A stretch of DNA of 64,000 nucleotides. Source: Mobula hypostoma (Eukaryota). Shown piece by piece: positions 48,556 to 60,664 of this stretch. The notes beneath the pieces were generated by a model that worked only from the letters and a program-made list of their open reading frames with translations, made no database searches and was not told the origin of the DNA. The stretch spans positions 248,001 to 312,000 of the forward strand of contig NC_086098.1 in assembly GCF_963921235.1 (NCBI RefSeq), in the 5' to 3' direction. Position numbers and translations under genes: made by a program. Each line of letters opens with the position of its first letter. The stretch's first letter is position 1.

Positions 48556-51197
48556 AATGGATCTGGAGTAGAGAGAGTGAACAGCCTTAAGCTCCTCAGC
48601 ATACACATCACCAAGGACCTCACGTGGTTTGTACATACCGGTGGAATGGTGAAAAAAGCACAACAGCGCCTCTATCACTGAAACGGTTGAAGAAGTTTGG
48701 CATGAGACCCCAAATCCTAAGTACTTTCTACAGGAGCACAATTGAGAGCATCATGACTGGCTGCATCACTGCCTGGTATGGGAACTGGATCTCCGTCAAT
48801 CGTAGGACTCTGCAGAGTGTGGTGCAGACAGCCCAGTGCATCTGTAGATGTGAACTTCTCATTATTTAGGACATTTACAGTGACAGGTGCATAAAAAGGG
48901 GCCCAAAGGATCACTGGGGACCTGAGATACCACAACCACAAACTGTTCCAGCTGCTACCATCCGGGAAACGGTACCGCAGTATTAAAGCCAGGACCAACA
49001 GACTCTGGGACAACTTCTTCCACCAGGCCATCAGACGGATTAATTCATGCTGATACAATTGTATTTCTATGCTATATTGTCTGTTCTGTTGTACATACTA
49101 CTCATTACAAATTACCATAAATTGCATATTGCACATTCAGACAGAGATGTAAAGATTTTTACTCCTCATGTATGTGAAGGATGTAAGAAATAAAGTCAAT
49201 TCAATTCAATTCAATTCATCATTTTATATGCCTGCGTCATCCTCTGTTGCTCCAAGGAGAAAAGGCCAAATTCTTATTTTTATAAGGCAGACTCGCCAAT
49301 CCAGGCAACATCCTTGTAAATCTCCTCTGCACTCTCTCTATAGTCTCCACATCCTTCCTGTAGTGAGCTGACCATAACTGAGCACAGTACTCCAAGTGGG
49401 GTCTAAAAGGTCTTATATAGCTGTAACATTACCTCATGGCTCTTGAACTCAATCCCACAGTTGATGAGGGCCAACACACCATACACCTTCTTAACCACAC
49501 TGTCAACTTGCGCAGCAGCTTTGAGTGTCTTATGGACCTGGACCCCAAGATCTCTCTGATCTTCTGCAGTACCAAGAGTCTTTCCTTTAATATGATATTC
49601 TGCCTTCAAATTTGACCTACCAAAATGAACCACTTCACACTTATCTGCATTGAACTCCATCTGCCACTTCTCAACCCAGTTCTGCATCCTATCGATGTCA
49701 CGGTGTAACCTCTGACAACCCACTAGACTATCCACAACACCCCCAACTTTTGTGTCATCAACAAACTTATTAACCCACCCTCTACTTCCTCATCCAGGTC
49801 ATTTATAAAAATCACAAAGAGGAGGGGTCCCAGAACAGATCCATGAAGAACACCACTGGTCACCGACCTCCATTCAGAATATGAACCATCTACAACCACA
49901 CTTTACCCTCTGTGGACAAGCCAGTTTTAGATCCACAAAGCAAAGTCTCTTTGGATCCTATGCCTCCTTACTTTCTGAATGAGCCTTGCATGGGGAACCT
50001 TATTAAATACCTTACTGAAATTCATATACACTACATCCACTGCTCTACCTTCATCAATGTGCTTTGTTACATCCTCAAATAATTCAATCAGGTTCGTAAG
50101 GCATGACTTGCCCTTGACAAAGCCATGCTGACTATCCCCAATCAGATTCTGTCTCTCCAAATGCTCATAAATCCTACCTCTCAGGATCTTCTCCAACAGC
50201 TTGCCACATCTGAAGTCAGACTCACCGGTCTATAATTTCGTGGATTATCTCTACTCCCTTTCTTGAACAAGGGAACAATGTTTGCAATCTTCCAATCCTC
50301 TGGTATTTCTCCTGTCCCTGTTGATGATGCAAACATCATTGCCAGAGGCTCAACAATCTCCCCCCTTGCTTCCCATAGCAGCCTGGGGTATATCTTGTCT
50401 GGTCTCAGTGACTTAACTAACTTAATACTTTTCAAAAGCTCCAGCATATCCTGTTTCTTTATGTCTATATATTCAAGCATTTCAGTCCACTGTTGCTAAG
50501 GTCCTTTTCACTGATGAATACTGAAGCAATGTATTCATTAAGTACCTCTGCTACCTCCTCCGGTTCCATGCACACATTTCCACTCTTGCTCCTGATTGGT
50601 TCTATTCTCACACAGCACACCTTCTTGCTCTTCACATACTGTATGTGAAAAGCCTTGGCTTTTCCTTAATCCTGCTCGAGAGGCCTTCACATGGCCCCTT
50701 CTAGTTTTCCTAATTTCATTCTTGAGCTCCTTCCTGGCACCCTTGTAATTTTCTAGAGCTCTAACAGTCCCTAGTTTCTGGAACCTTTCTTAACCTTTTC
50801 TTCATTTCTTAACTAGATTTTCTATACCCTTTGAATACCATGGTTCTTTTACCCTACCATACCTTCCCTGCCTCATTGGATCATTCCTATGCAGAGTGCC
50901 ATGTAAATGTTCCCTGAAGATTTGCCACATTTCTGCTGTGCATTTCCTTGAGAACAGCCCCTCCTCTAGTTGGCTTATCTACTTATAAACCCGTCCTGAA
51001 CACATCTAACAAGCTCCACTCTATCTAAACCACTTGCTCTAAGGCGATGCCAGTCAATATTTGGAAAGTTAAAATCATCCATCACAACAACCCCATTATT
51101 ATTGCACCGTTCCAGAATCTGCCTCCCTATATGCTCTTCAATGTCTCTTTTACTATTGGGGAGACTATAAAAAACACCCAGTGGGGATATTGCCCCT

Positions 51198-51520
51198 TTT
51201 AATGCAAGGTGTATCATAAGCAAGGCGAATGACAGAGCATGAATCAATACGTGGAACTGTGATGTTGTGGCAATTACAGAGGAGGATGACTCAGGGGCAG
51301 GAATAGCTGCTGAGTATGCTGGGCTTTAGATGGTTCAAAAAAGACAGGGAGAGATGCAAACGAGGTGGGTGAGCAGTATTGCTAATCAGGGATAGTATCA
51401 TGACTGCAAAAAAGGAGGAAGTCATGGAGCAATTGTCTACTGAGTCATTGTGGGCGGAAGTCAAAAACATAATAACTCTATGGGTGTTTTTTGTAGACCG
51501 CGCCCCCCATAGTAACAGAG
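51198..51520 (+). mobile_element. CR1 D-like APE fragment, inverted relative to D4
   Basis: FNAR..WNCDVVAITE..LSTESLWAEV..SNRD. Confidence 0.75.
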
Positions 51521-51737
51521 ATTTTCTATACATGAACAATTTGAAATGCTATACTCCTTCATCAGTAGAGCTAAAGCAATTAATCCAAGTAGTAGAACTA
51601 TTTTCTAAAAATTTAAACATGAACTTTGGAATAGATAAGTGCAGAACATTAAACATAAAGAAAGATATAACAGAGCTAATAGAATACAAAACAGAGTAAC
51701 AGGGTACAATACAACCAATGGATATATATAAAACATA

Positions 51738-54452
51738 GAACATAGAATAATACAGCACAGTACAGGCCCTTCGGTCCACAATGTTGTGCCAACCCTCAAA
51801 CCCTGCCTCCCATATAAGCCCCCACTTAAATTCCTCCATATACATGTCTAGTAGTCTCTTAAACTTCACTAGTGTATCTGCCTCCACCACTGACTCAGGC
51901 AGTGCATTCTACGCACCAACCACTCTCTGAGTAAAAAACCTTCCTCCAATATCCCCCTTGAACTTCCCACCCCTCACCTTGAAGCCATGTCCTCTTGTAT
52001 TGAGCAGTGGTGCCCCGGGGAAGAGGCACTGGCTATCCACTCTGTCTATTCCTCTTATTATCTTGTACACCTCTATCATGTCTCCTGTCATCCTCCTTCT
52101 CTCCAAAGAGTAAAGCCCCAGCTCCCTTAATCTCTGATCATAATGCATACTTTCTAAACCAGGCAGCATCCTGGTAAATCTCCTCTGTACCCTTTCCAAA
52201 GCTTCCACATCCTTCCTATAGTGAGGTGACCAGAACTGGACACAATACTCCAAGTGTGGCCTAACCAGAGTTTTATAGAGCTGCATCATTACATAGCAAC
52301 TCTTAAACTCTATCCCTCGACTTATGAAAGCTAACACCCCATAAGCTTTCTTAACTACCCTATCCACCTGTGAGGCAACTTTCAGGGATCTGTGGACATG
52401 TACCCCAAGATCCCTCTGCTCCTCCACACTACCAAGTATCCTGCCATTTACTTTGTACTCTGCCTTGGAGTTTGTCCTTCCAAAGTGTACCACCTCACAC
52501 TTCTCTGGGTTGAACTCCATCTGCCACTTCTCAGCCCACTTCTGCATCCTATCAATGTCTCTCTGCAATCTTTGACAATCCTCTACACTATCTACAACAC
52601 CACCAACCTTTGTGTCGTCTGTAAACTTGCCAACCCACCCTTCTACCCCTACATCCAGGTCGTTAATAAAAATCACGAAAAGTAGAGGTCCCGGAACAGA
52701 ACCTTGTGGGCACCACTAGTCACAATCCTCCAATCTGAATGTACTCCTTCCACCATCACCCTCTGTCTTCTGCGGGTAAGCCAATTCTGAATCCACCTGG
52801 CCAAACTTCCCTGGATCCCATGCCTTCTAACTTTCTGAATAAGCCTACAGTGTGGAACCTTGTCAAATGCCTTACTAAAATCCGTATAGATCACATCCAC
52901 TGCACTACCCTCATCTATGTGCCTGGTCACCTCCTCAAAGAACTCTATCAGGCTTGTTAGACACAATCTGCCCTTCACAAAGCCATGCTGACTGTTCCTG
53001 ATCAGACCATGATTCTCTAAATGCCTATAGATCCTATCTCTAAGAATCTTTTCCAACAGCTTTTCCACCACAAACGTAAGGCTCACTGGTCTATAATTAC
53101 CCGGATTATCCCTACTACCTTCTTTGAACAAGGGAACAACATTCGCCTCCCTCCAATCCTCCGGTACCATTCCCGTGGACAACGAGGACATAAAGATCCT
53201 AGCCAGAGGCTCAGCAATCTCTTCTCTCGCCTCGTGGAGCAGCCTGGGGAATATTCCGTCAGGCCTCAGGGACTTATCTGTCCTAATGTATTTTAAACAA
53301 CTCCAACACCTCCTCTCCCTTAATATCAACATGCTCCAGAACATCAACATCACTCATATTGTCCTCACCATCATTAAGTTTCCTCTCATTGGTGAATACT
53401 GAAGAGAAGTATTCATTGAGGACCTCGCTCACTTCCACAGCCTCCAGGCACATCTTCCCACCTTTATCTCTCATCGGTCCTACCTTCACTCGTGTCATTC
53501 TTTTATCTTCAGATAATTGAAGAATGCCTTGGGGTTTTCCTTTACCCTATTCGCCAAGGCCTTCTCATGCCCCCTTCTTGCTCTTCTCTGCCCCTTCTTA
53601 AGCTCCTTTCTTGCTTCCCTATATTCCTCAATAGACCCATCTGATCCTTGTTTCCTAAACCTCATGTATGCTGCCTTCTTCCACCTGACTAGATTTTCCA
53701 CCTCACTTGTCACTCATGGTTCCTTCACTCTACCATTCTTTATCTTCCTCACTGGGACAAATTTATCCCTAACATCCCGCAAGAGATCTCTAAACATTGA
53801 CCACATGTCCATAGTACATTTCCCTGCAAAAACATCATCCCAATTCACACCCGCAAGTTCTAGCCCTATAGCCTCATAATTTGCCTTTCCCCAATTAAAA
53901 ATTTTCCTGTCCTCTCTGATTCTATCCTTTTCCATGATAATGCTAAAGGCCAGGGAGTGGTGGTCACTGTCCCCCAGATGCTCACCCACTGAGAGATCTG
54001 TGACCTGACCTGGTTCATTACCTAGTACTAGATCTAGTATGGCATTCCCCCTGGTCAGCCTGTCCACATACTGTGACAGGAATCCGTCCTGGACACACTT
54101 AACAAACTCTGCCCCATCTAAACCCTTGGAACTAATCAGGTGCCAATCAATATTTGGGAAGTTAAAGTCACCCATGATAACATCGCTGTTATTTTTGCAC
54201 CTTTCCAAAATCTGCCTCCCAATCTGCTCCTCTGTATCTCTGCTGCTACCAGGAGGCCTATAGAATACCCCCAGTAGAGTAACTGCTCCCTTCCTGTTCC
54301 TGACTTCCACCCATATTGACTCAAAAGAGGATCCTGCTACATTACCCACCCTTTCTGTAGTTGTAATAGTATCCCTGACCAGTAATGCCACCCCTCCTCC
54401 CCTTTTTCCGCCCTCTCTATCCCTTTTAAAGCACTGAAATCCAGGAATATTG
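51738..54452 (-). mobile_element. CR1 lineage A copy A6, 5'-truncated, 8-bp TSD AAAACATA
   Basis: AAAACATA at 51730-51737 and 54453-54460. ORF pieces 53714-54391, 52673-53353 and 51909-52676. Confidence 0.93.
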
Positions 54453-54747
54453 AAAACATATAAGTATTTTGGATATGAACAAGCAAAACAAAATAGATCA
54501 TAGTGCGATAAAGGGAAAATTTTTGACAGAATTTACTTCAAACTTAAAAAAATCTGCCAAAAAGGCTCAATAGTAAAAACATAACAAAGGCAATAAATAT
54601 TTACTGTATACGCATATTAAAAATCTTCTGGTCATCGTGATCTGAAACTGATTGGGAAAATTTACAAAGAAAAATACAAAATGAAATGACGAATTTTAAA
54701 AAAAACATGATGTACACTCAAATTTGCTTAGATCAATGTGACCTAGG

Positions 54748-57700
54748 TCGTGACAGAGAATCCAGGATGGTTTGTTGCCTCCTGGGTGCCAGGGTCAAGG
54801 ATGTCTCTGATCGCTTGCATGACGTTCTGAAGTGGGAGGGTGATCAGCCAGATGTCGTGGTGCACATCAGTACCAATGACATAGCAAGGAAGAGTGAGGA
54901 GGTCCTGGAGAGTGAGTATAGAGAGCTTGGGAGGAAGTTGAAAAGCAGGACCTCGAGGGTGGTAATCTCAGGATTGCTACCTGTGCTACGTGCCAGTGAG
55001 GGTAAGAATAGGATGCTCTGGGGGATGAACAAGTGGCTGAGGAACTGGTGTAGGGGGCAGGGTTTCAGATTTCAGGATAATTGGGACCTCTTCTGGGGCA
55101 GGTGGGACCTGTAGAAGAGAGACAGGTTACACTTGAACTACAGGGAGACCAATATCCTTTCAGGGAGGTTTGTTAGTGCTATTGGGGAGGCTTTAAACTA
55201 GATTTGCAGGGGGATGGGAACCAGCGTGCCAGAGCTGACAGTGTGGCTGGGGTGAAAATAAATGTTAAAAGTTCAAGCAAATCCGCTAATAGAAAGGTTG
55301 TGAATGATGGTAAAAATCTTCTGAGGTGTATATATTTCAATGCTAGGAGTATTGCGGGGAAGGCGGACGAGTTGAGGGTGTGGATTGACACGTGAAATTA
55401 TGACGTTATAGTAATTAGTGAAACTTGGCTACAGGAGGGGCAGGACTGGCAGCTTAATATTCCAGAGTTCCGATGTTTCAGATGTGATCGAGGCAGAGGA
55501 ATGAAAGGTGGGGGAGTAGCATTGCTTGTTAGGGAAAATATTACAGCAGTGCTCAGGCAGGACAGATTAGAGGGCTTGTCTACTGAGTCCTTATAGGTGG
55601 AGCTGAGAAACAGGAAAGGTATGGCCACATTAGTGGGATTGTATTTCAGACCACCCAATAGTCAACGAGAATTGGAAGAGCAAATCTGCAGGGAAATAGC
55701 AAGCAACTGCAGGAAACATAAAGTTGTGGTGGGAGGGGGTTTTAATTTTCCATATATTAATTGGGACTCGCATACTGTTAAGGGTCTAGATGGTTTAGAG
55801 TTTGTAAAATGTGTTCAGGAAAGTTTTCTAAATCAATATATAGAGGGACCAACTAGAGGGGATGCAATATTGGATCTCCTGTTAGGAAACGAGTTAGGAC
55901 AAGTGACGGAAGTCTGTGTAGGGGAGCACTTTGGTTCCAGTGATCATAACACCATTAGTTTCAACTTGATCATGGGCAAGGATAGTTCTGGTCCTAGGGT
56001 TGAGGTTCTGAACTGGAAGAAGGCCAAATTTGAAGAAATGAGAAAGGATCTAAAAAGCGTGGATTGGGACAGGTTGTTCTCTGGCAAGGATGTGATTGGT
56101 AGGTGGAAAGCCTTCAAAGGAGAAATTTTGAGAGTGCAGAATTTGTATGTTCCTGTCGGGATTAAAGGCAAAGTGAATAGGAATAAGGAACCTTGGTTCT
56201 GAAGGGATATTGCAACTCTGATAAAGAAGAAGAGGGAGTTGTATGACATGTAAAGGAAGCAGGGAGTAAATAAGGTGCTTGAGGAGTATAAGAAGTGCAA
56301 GAAAATACTTAAGAAAGAAATCAGGAGTGCTAAAAGAAGACATGAGGTTGCATTGGCAGTCAAAGTGAAGGATAATCCAAAGAGCTTTTACAGGTATATT
56401 AAGAGCAAAAGTATTGTAAGGGATAAAATTGGTGCTCTTGAAGATCAGAGTGGTCGGCTATGTGCGGAACCAAAGGAAATCGGGGAGATCTTAAAATAGG
56501 TTTTTTGCGTCTGTATTTACTAAGGAAACTGGCATGAAGTCTATGGAATTAGGGGAAACAAGTAGTGAGATCATGGAAACTGTACAGATCGAAAAGGAGG
56601 AGGTCCTTGCTGTCTTGAGGAAAATTAAAGTGGATAAATCCCCGGGACCTGACAGGGTGTTCCCTTGGACCTTGAAGGAGACTGGTGTTGAAATTGCAGG
56701 GGCCCTGGCAGAAATATTTAGAATGTCGCTGTCTACATGTGAGGTGCCGTAGGATTGGAGAGTGGCTCATGTTGTTCCGTTGTTTAAAAAAGGATCGAAA
56801 AGTAATCCAGGAAATTATAGGCCAGTAGTTTAATGTCGGTAGTAGGTAAGTTATTGGAGGGAGTACTAAGAGACAGAATCTACAAGCATTTGGATAGACA
56901 GAGACTTATTAGGGAGAGTCATCATGGCTTTGTGTGTGGCAGGTCATGTTTGACCAATTTATTAGAGTTTTTCGAGGAGGTTACCAGGAAAGTGGACGAA
57001 GGGAAGGCAGTGGATATTGTCTACATGGACTTCAGTAAGGCCTTTGACAAGGTCCCTCATGGGAGGTTAGTTAGGAAAATTCAGTCGCTAGGTATACATG
57101 GAGAGGTGGTAAATTGGATCAGACATTGGCTCAATGGAATAAGCCAAAGAGTGGCAGTAGAGAATTGCTTCTCCGAGTGGAGGCCTGTGACTAGTGGTGT
57201 GCCACAGGGATCAGTGCTGGGTCCATTGTTATTTGTCATCTATATCAATGATCTGGATGATAATGTGGTAAATTGGATCAGCAAATTTGCTGATGATACA
57301 AAGATTGGAGGTGCAGTAGACAGCGAGGAAGGTTTTCAGAGCCTGCAGAGGGACTTGGACCAGCTGGAAAAATGGGCTGAAAAATGGCAGATGGAGTTTA
57401 ATGCAGACAAGTGTGAGGTATTGCACGTTGGAAGGACAAACCAACGTAGAACATACAGGGTTAATGGTAAGGCACTGAGGAGTGCAGTGGAACAGAGGGA
57501 TCTGGGAATACAGATACAAAATTCCCTAAAGGTGGCATCACAGGTAGATAGGGTCGTAAAGAGAGCTTTTGGTACATTGGCTTTTATTAATCGAAGTATT
57601 GAGTATAAGAGCTGGAATGTTATGATGAGGTTGTATAAGGCATTGGTGAGGCCGAATCTGGAGTATTGTGTTCAGTTTTGGTCACCAAATTACAGGAAGG

Positions 57701-59241
57701 ATATAAATAAGTTTGAAAGAGTACAGAGAAGGTTTACAAGGTTGTTGCCGGGACTTGAGAAACTCAGTTACAGAGAAAGGTTGAATAGGTTAGGACTTTT
57801 TTCCATGGAGCGTAGAAGAATGAGGGGATATTTGATAGAGATATATAAAATTATGATGGGTATAGATAGAGTGAATGCAAGCAGGCTTTTTCCACTGAGG
57901 CAAGGGGAGAAAAAAACCAGAGGACATGGGTTGAGGGTGAGGGGGGAAAAGTTTAAAGGGAACATTAGGGAGGGCTTCTTCACACAGAGAGTGGTGGGAG
58001 TATGGAAAGAGCTGCCAGACGAGGTGGTAAATGCGGGTTCTTTTTTAACATTTATAAACATAGAAACATAGAAAATAGGTGCAGGAGTAGGCCATTCGGC
58101 CTTTCGAGCCTGCACCGCCATTTATAATGATCATGGCTGATCATCCAACTCAGAACCCCGCCCCAGCCTTCCGTCCATACCCCCTGACCCCCGTAGCCAC
58201 AAGGGCCATATCTAACTCCCTCTTAAATATAGCCAATGAACTGGCCTCAACTGTTTCCTGTGGCAGAGAATTCCACAGATTCACCACTCTCTGTGTGAAG
58301 AAGTTTTTCCTAACCTTGGTCCTAAAAGGCTTCCCCTCTATCCTCAAACTGTGGCCCCTCGTTCTGGACATCCCCAACATCGGGAACAATCTTCCTGCAT
58401 CTAGCCTGTCCAATCCCTTTAGGATCTTATACGTTTCAATCAGATCCCCCCTCAATCTTCTAAATTCCAACGAGTACAAGCCCAGTTCATCCAGTCTTTC
58501 TTCATATGAAAGTCCTGCCATCCCAGGAATCAATCTGGTGAACCTTCTTTGTACTCCCTCTAAGGCAAGGATGTCTTTCCTCAGATTAGGGGACCAAAAC
58601 TGCACACAATACTCCAGGTGTGGTCTCACCAAGGCCTTGTACAACTGCAGTAGTACCTCCCTGCTCCTGTACTCGAATCCTCTCGCTATAAATGCCAGCA
58701 TACCATTCGCCTTTTTCACCGCCTGCTGTACCTACATGCCCACTTTCAATGACTGGTGTATAATGACACCCAGGTCTCGTTGCACCTCCCCTTTTCCTAA
58801 TCGGCCACCTTTCAGATAATAATCTGTTTTCCTATTTTTGCCACCAAAGTGGATAACTTCACATTTATCCACATTAAATTGCATCTGCCATGAATTTGTC
58901 CACTCACCCAACCTATCCAAGTCACCCTGCATCCTCTTAGCATCCTCCTCACAGCTAACACTGCCACCCAGCTTCGTGTCATCCGTAAACTTGGAGATGC
59001 TGCATTTAATTCCCTCATCCAAGTCATTAATATATATTGTAAACAACTGGGGTCCCAGCATTGAGCCTTGCGGTACCCCACTAGTCACCGCCTGCCATTC
59101 TGAAAAGGTCCCATTTAAGAATAAATTGGACAGATACATGGGTGGGAGGTGTATGGAGGGATATGGTCTGTGTGCAGGTCAGTGGGACTGGGCAGAAAAT
59201 GGTTCAGCACAGCCAAGAAGGGCCAAAAGGCCTGTTTCTGT
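54748..59241 (+). mobile_element. CR1 lineage C copy C4 (ORF1 3' half plus ORF2), interrupted by B6
   Basis: ORF1 stop at 55201, RT ORF 56833-58071, 3' end at 59112-59241. Confidence 0.92.
58055..59111 (-). mobile_element. CR1 lineage B copy B6, CATTTA duplication
   Basis: CATTTA at 58049-58054 and 59112-59117. B tail present. Confidence 0.92.
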
Positions 59242-60295
59242 GCTGTTGTTTCTATGGTTCTAAAAGGAGCAAGAGGAATAACAGGCATAAAAGAATTTGC
59301 TGAACAGTGGGATAAAACTTCTCAGGACATACATTCATCAACATAAACAGGATTCAGCATTCTGCGCAAGCATATACAAATTTGATAAGATGTACACACC
59401 ACTTAAGTAAATGAAAGCACAGACAAATGCAGAAATGATCAGTATAGAAGAAAAAGTAAACCAATAGAAGAGCATGACCCTCCATGGAAGACATCCCAAT
59501 GATCTGAGCAGGCTGGATGGCGACAAGCAAGTGTCAAACCTATGGCTCTGAGTTGGAGACCTCTTTCCAGAAACAGAAGGGTTTCTTATTGCATTACCGA
59601 ACCAGCTGGTTAACACACAAAATGATCAAAAATATGTAACCAAAGACCAACACGTTCAAGATGATAAATGCTGAAAATGCCAAGAGAAACCAGAAACAAT
59701 CCAACACATTTCAGGATCCTGCAGGAGTTTAACTCAATCTGATTACTTACACAGGCACAATCAAGTGGCAAAAATCATTCATCAAATCTTGCTTTAAAAT
59801 ATAAACTCATAAAAGAAACCAGTTTTAGAGTCAGAGTCCCACAAATTATATTACGATCGATCCATTATTACAGATAGGACAATCCATAATAACTGTCCAG
59901 ATATAATATTACAGGATAAACAAGTGAGAACAACTTAATAGATTTAGCCATTTCAAACACACATAACTTACAGAAATCAATAAATAAAAAACAATAGAAA
60001 TATGCTGAATTAAAAGAGGAAATTGAAAGACTATGGAACATGAACATGGTATACATTGTCCAAATAGTAATATCTACAACTGGTAACATTGCAAACTCAC
60101 TACACCATTAAATTAAACAACTAGGGCTACATAGCAATATTTATGTAAATTTCCAGAGCCACAATACTAAGCACCACTAGAATAGTCCAAAAAATCCTAA
60201 TAATTGAGAAATGGGTGTGCTTGGCTATGCATGTACCTCAGGTGTTATTAGCTTAAGCTAAGAAAAAATAAAAATATAATAATAAATAATTAAGC

Positions 60296-60662
60296 AATAA
60301 GTATCAAGATAATGAGATGAAATGAAAAGTCCTTAAAACTGAGTCCAAAGGTTGTAGGAACATTTCAATGATGGGGCAAGTGAAATTAAGTGGTTATTCC
60401 CTTTGGTTCAAGAGTCTAATGGTTGAGGGGTAATAACTGTTCCTGAGTCTAGTGATGTGAGTCCTGAGGCTCCTGTACCTCCTTCCTGAAGGCAGCAGCG
60501 AGAAGAGAGTATCACCTGCATTGTTGCTGTTGATGGATGCTGCTTTCCTGTGACAATGCTCCTTATAGATGTACTCAGACAGGAAGGGTTTTACCCATGA
60601 TGGAATTTGCCGTATCCATTAATTTTTGAAGGGTCTTCCATTCAAGGGAATTGGTGTTTCCG
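60296..60662 (-). mobile_element. Old Rex1/Babar-like 3' fragment
   Basis: The minus strand translates FSLLPSGRRYRSLRTHITRLRNSYYPSTIRL, homologous to the Rex1 end near 48945-49040. Confidence 0.75.
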
Positions 60663-60664
60663 TT

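Larger units (their letters stand above)
45279..49218 (+). mobile_element. Rex1/Babar-type LINE, 5'-truncated (pieces 45279-46019, 46344-46349, ~48553-49218)
   Basis: [69 protein letters not shown] plus (TCAAT)n tail. Confidence 0.88.
44936..51198 (-). mobile_element. CR1 D-like copy D4 (pieces 44936-45278 and 49219-51198), host of Rex1
   Basis: Tail at 44936. The sequence rejoins across the Rex1 insert. RT and APE remnants present. Confidence 0.8.
51521..60295 (+). mobile_element. R4/Dong-clade RLE non-LTR retroposon relic (pieces 51521-51737, 54453-54747, 59242-60295)
   Basis: LYMNNLK.Y (degenerate YMDD), FSKNLNMNFGIDKC, TYKYFG, NITKAIN, PR..G.RG, ETEGFLIA, CxxC-x8-H-x4-C (59669-59722), HRHNQVA and N.PDII..D motifs. 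TAA-rich end. Confidence 0.85.

Noticed and set aside
51379..51699. 106-aa ORF
   Set aside because: Chimeric junction of a CR1 APE fragment with the R4 RT remnant.
58127..58819. Recurrent antisense ORFs (MNLLCTPS..., MIMADHPTQNP..., [11 protein letters not shown]...)
   Set aside because: They recur only because the parent LINE copies are near-identical. They have no recognisable domain and are shadow frames of ORF2.
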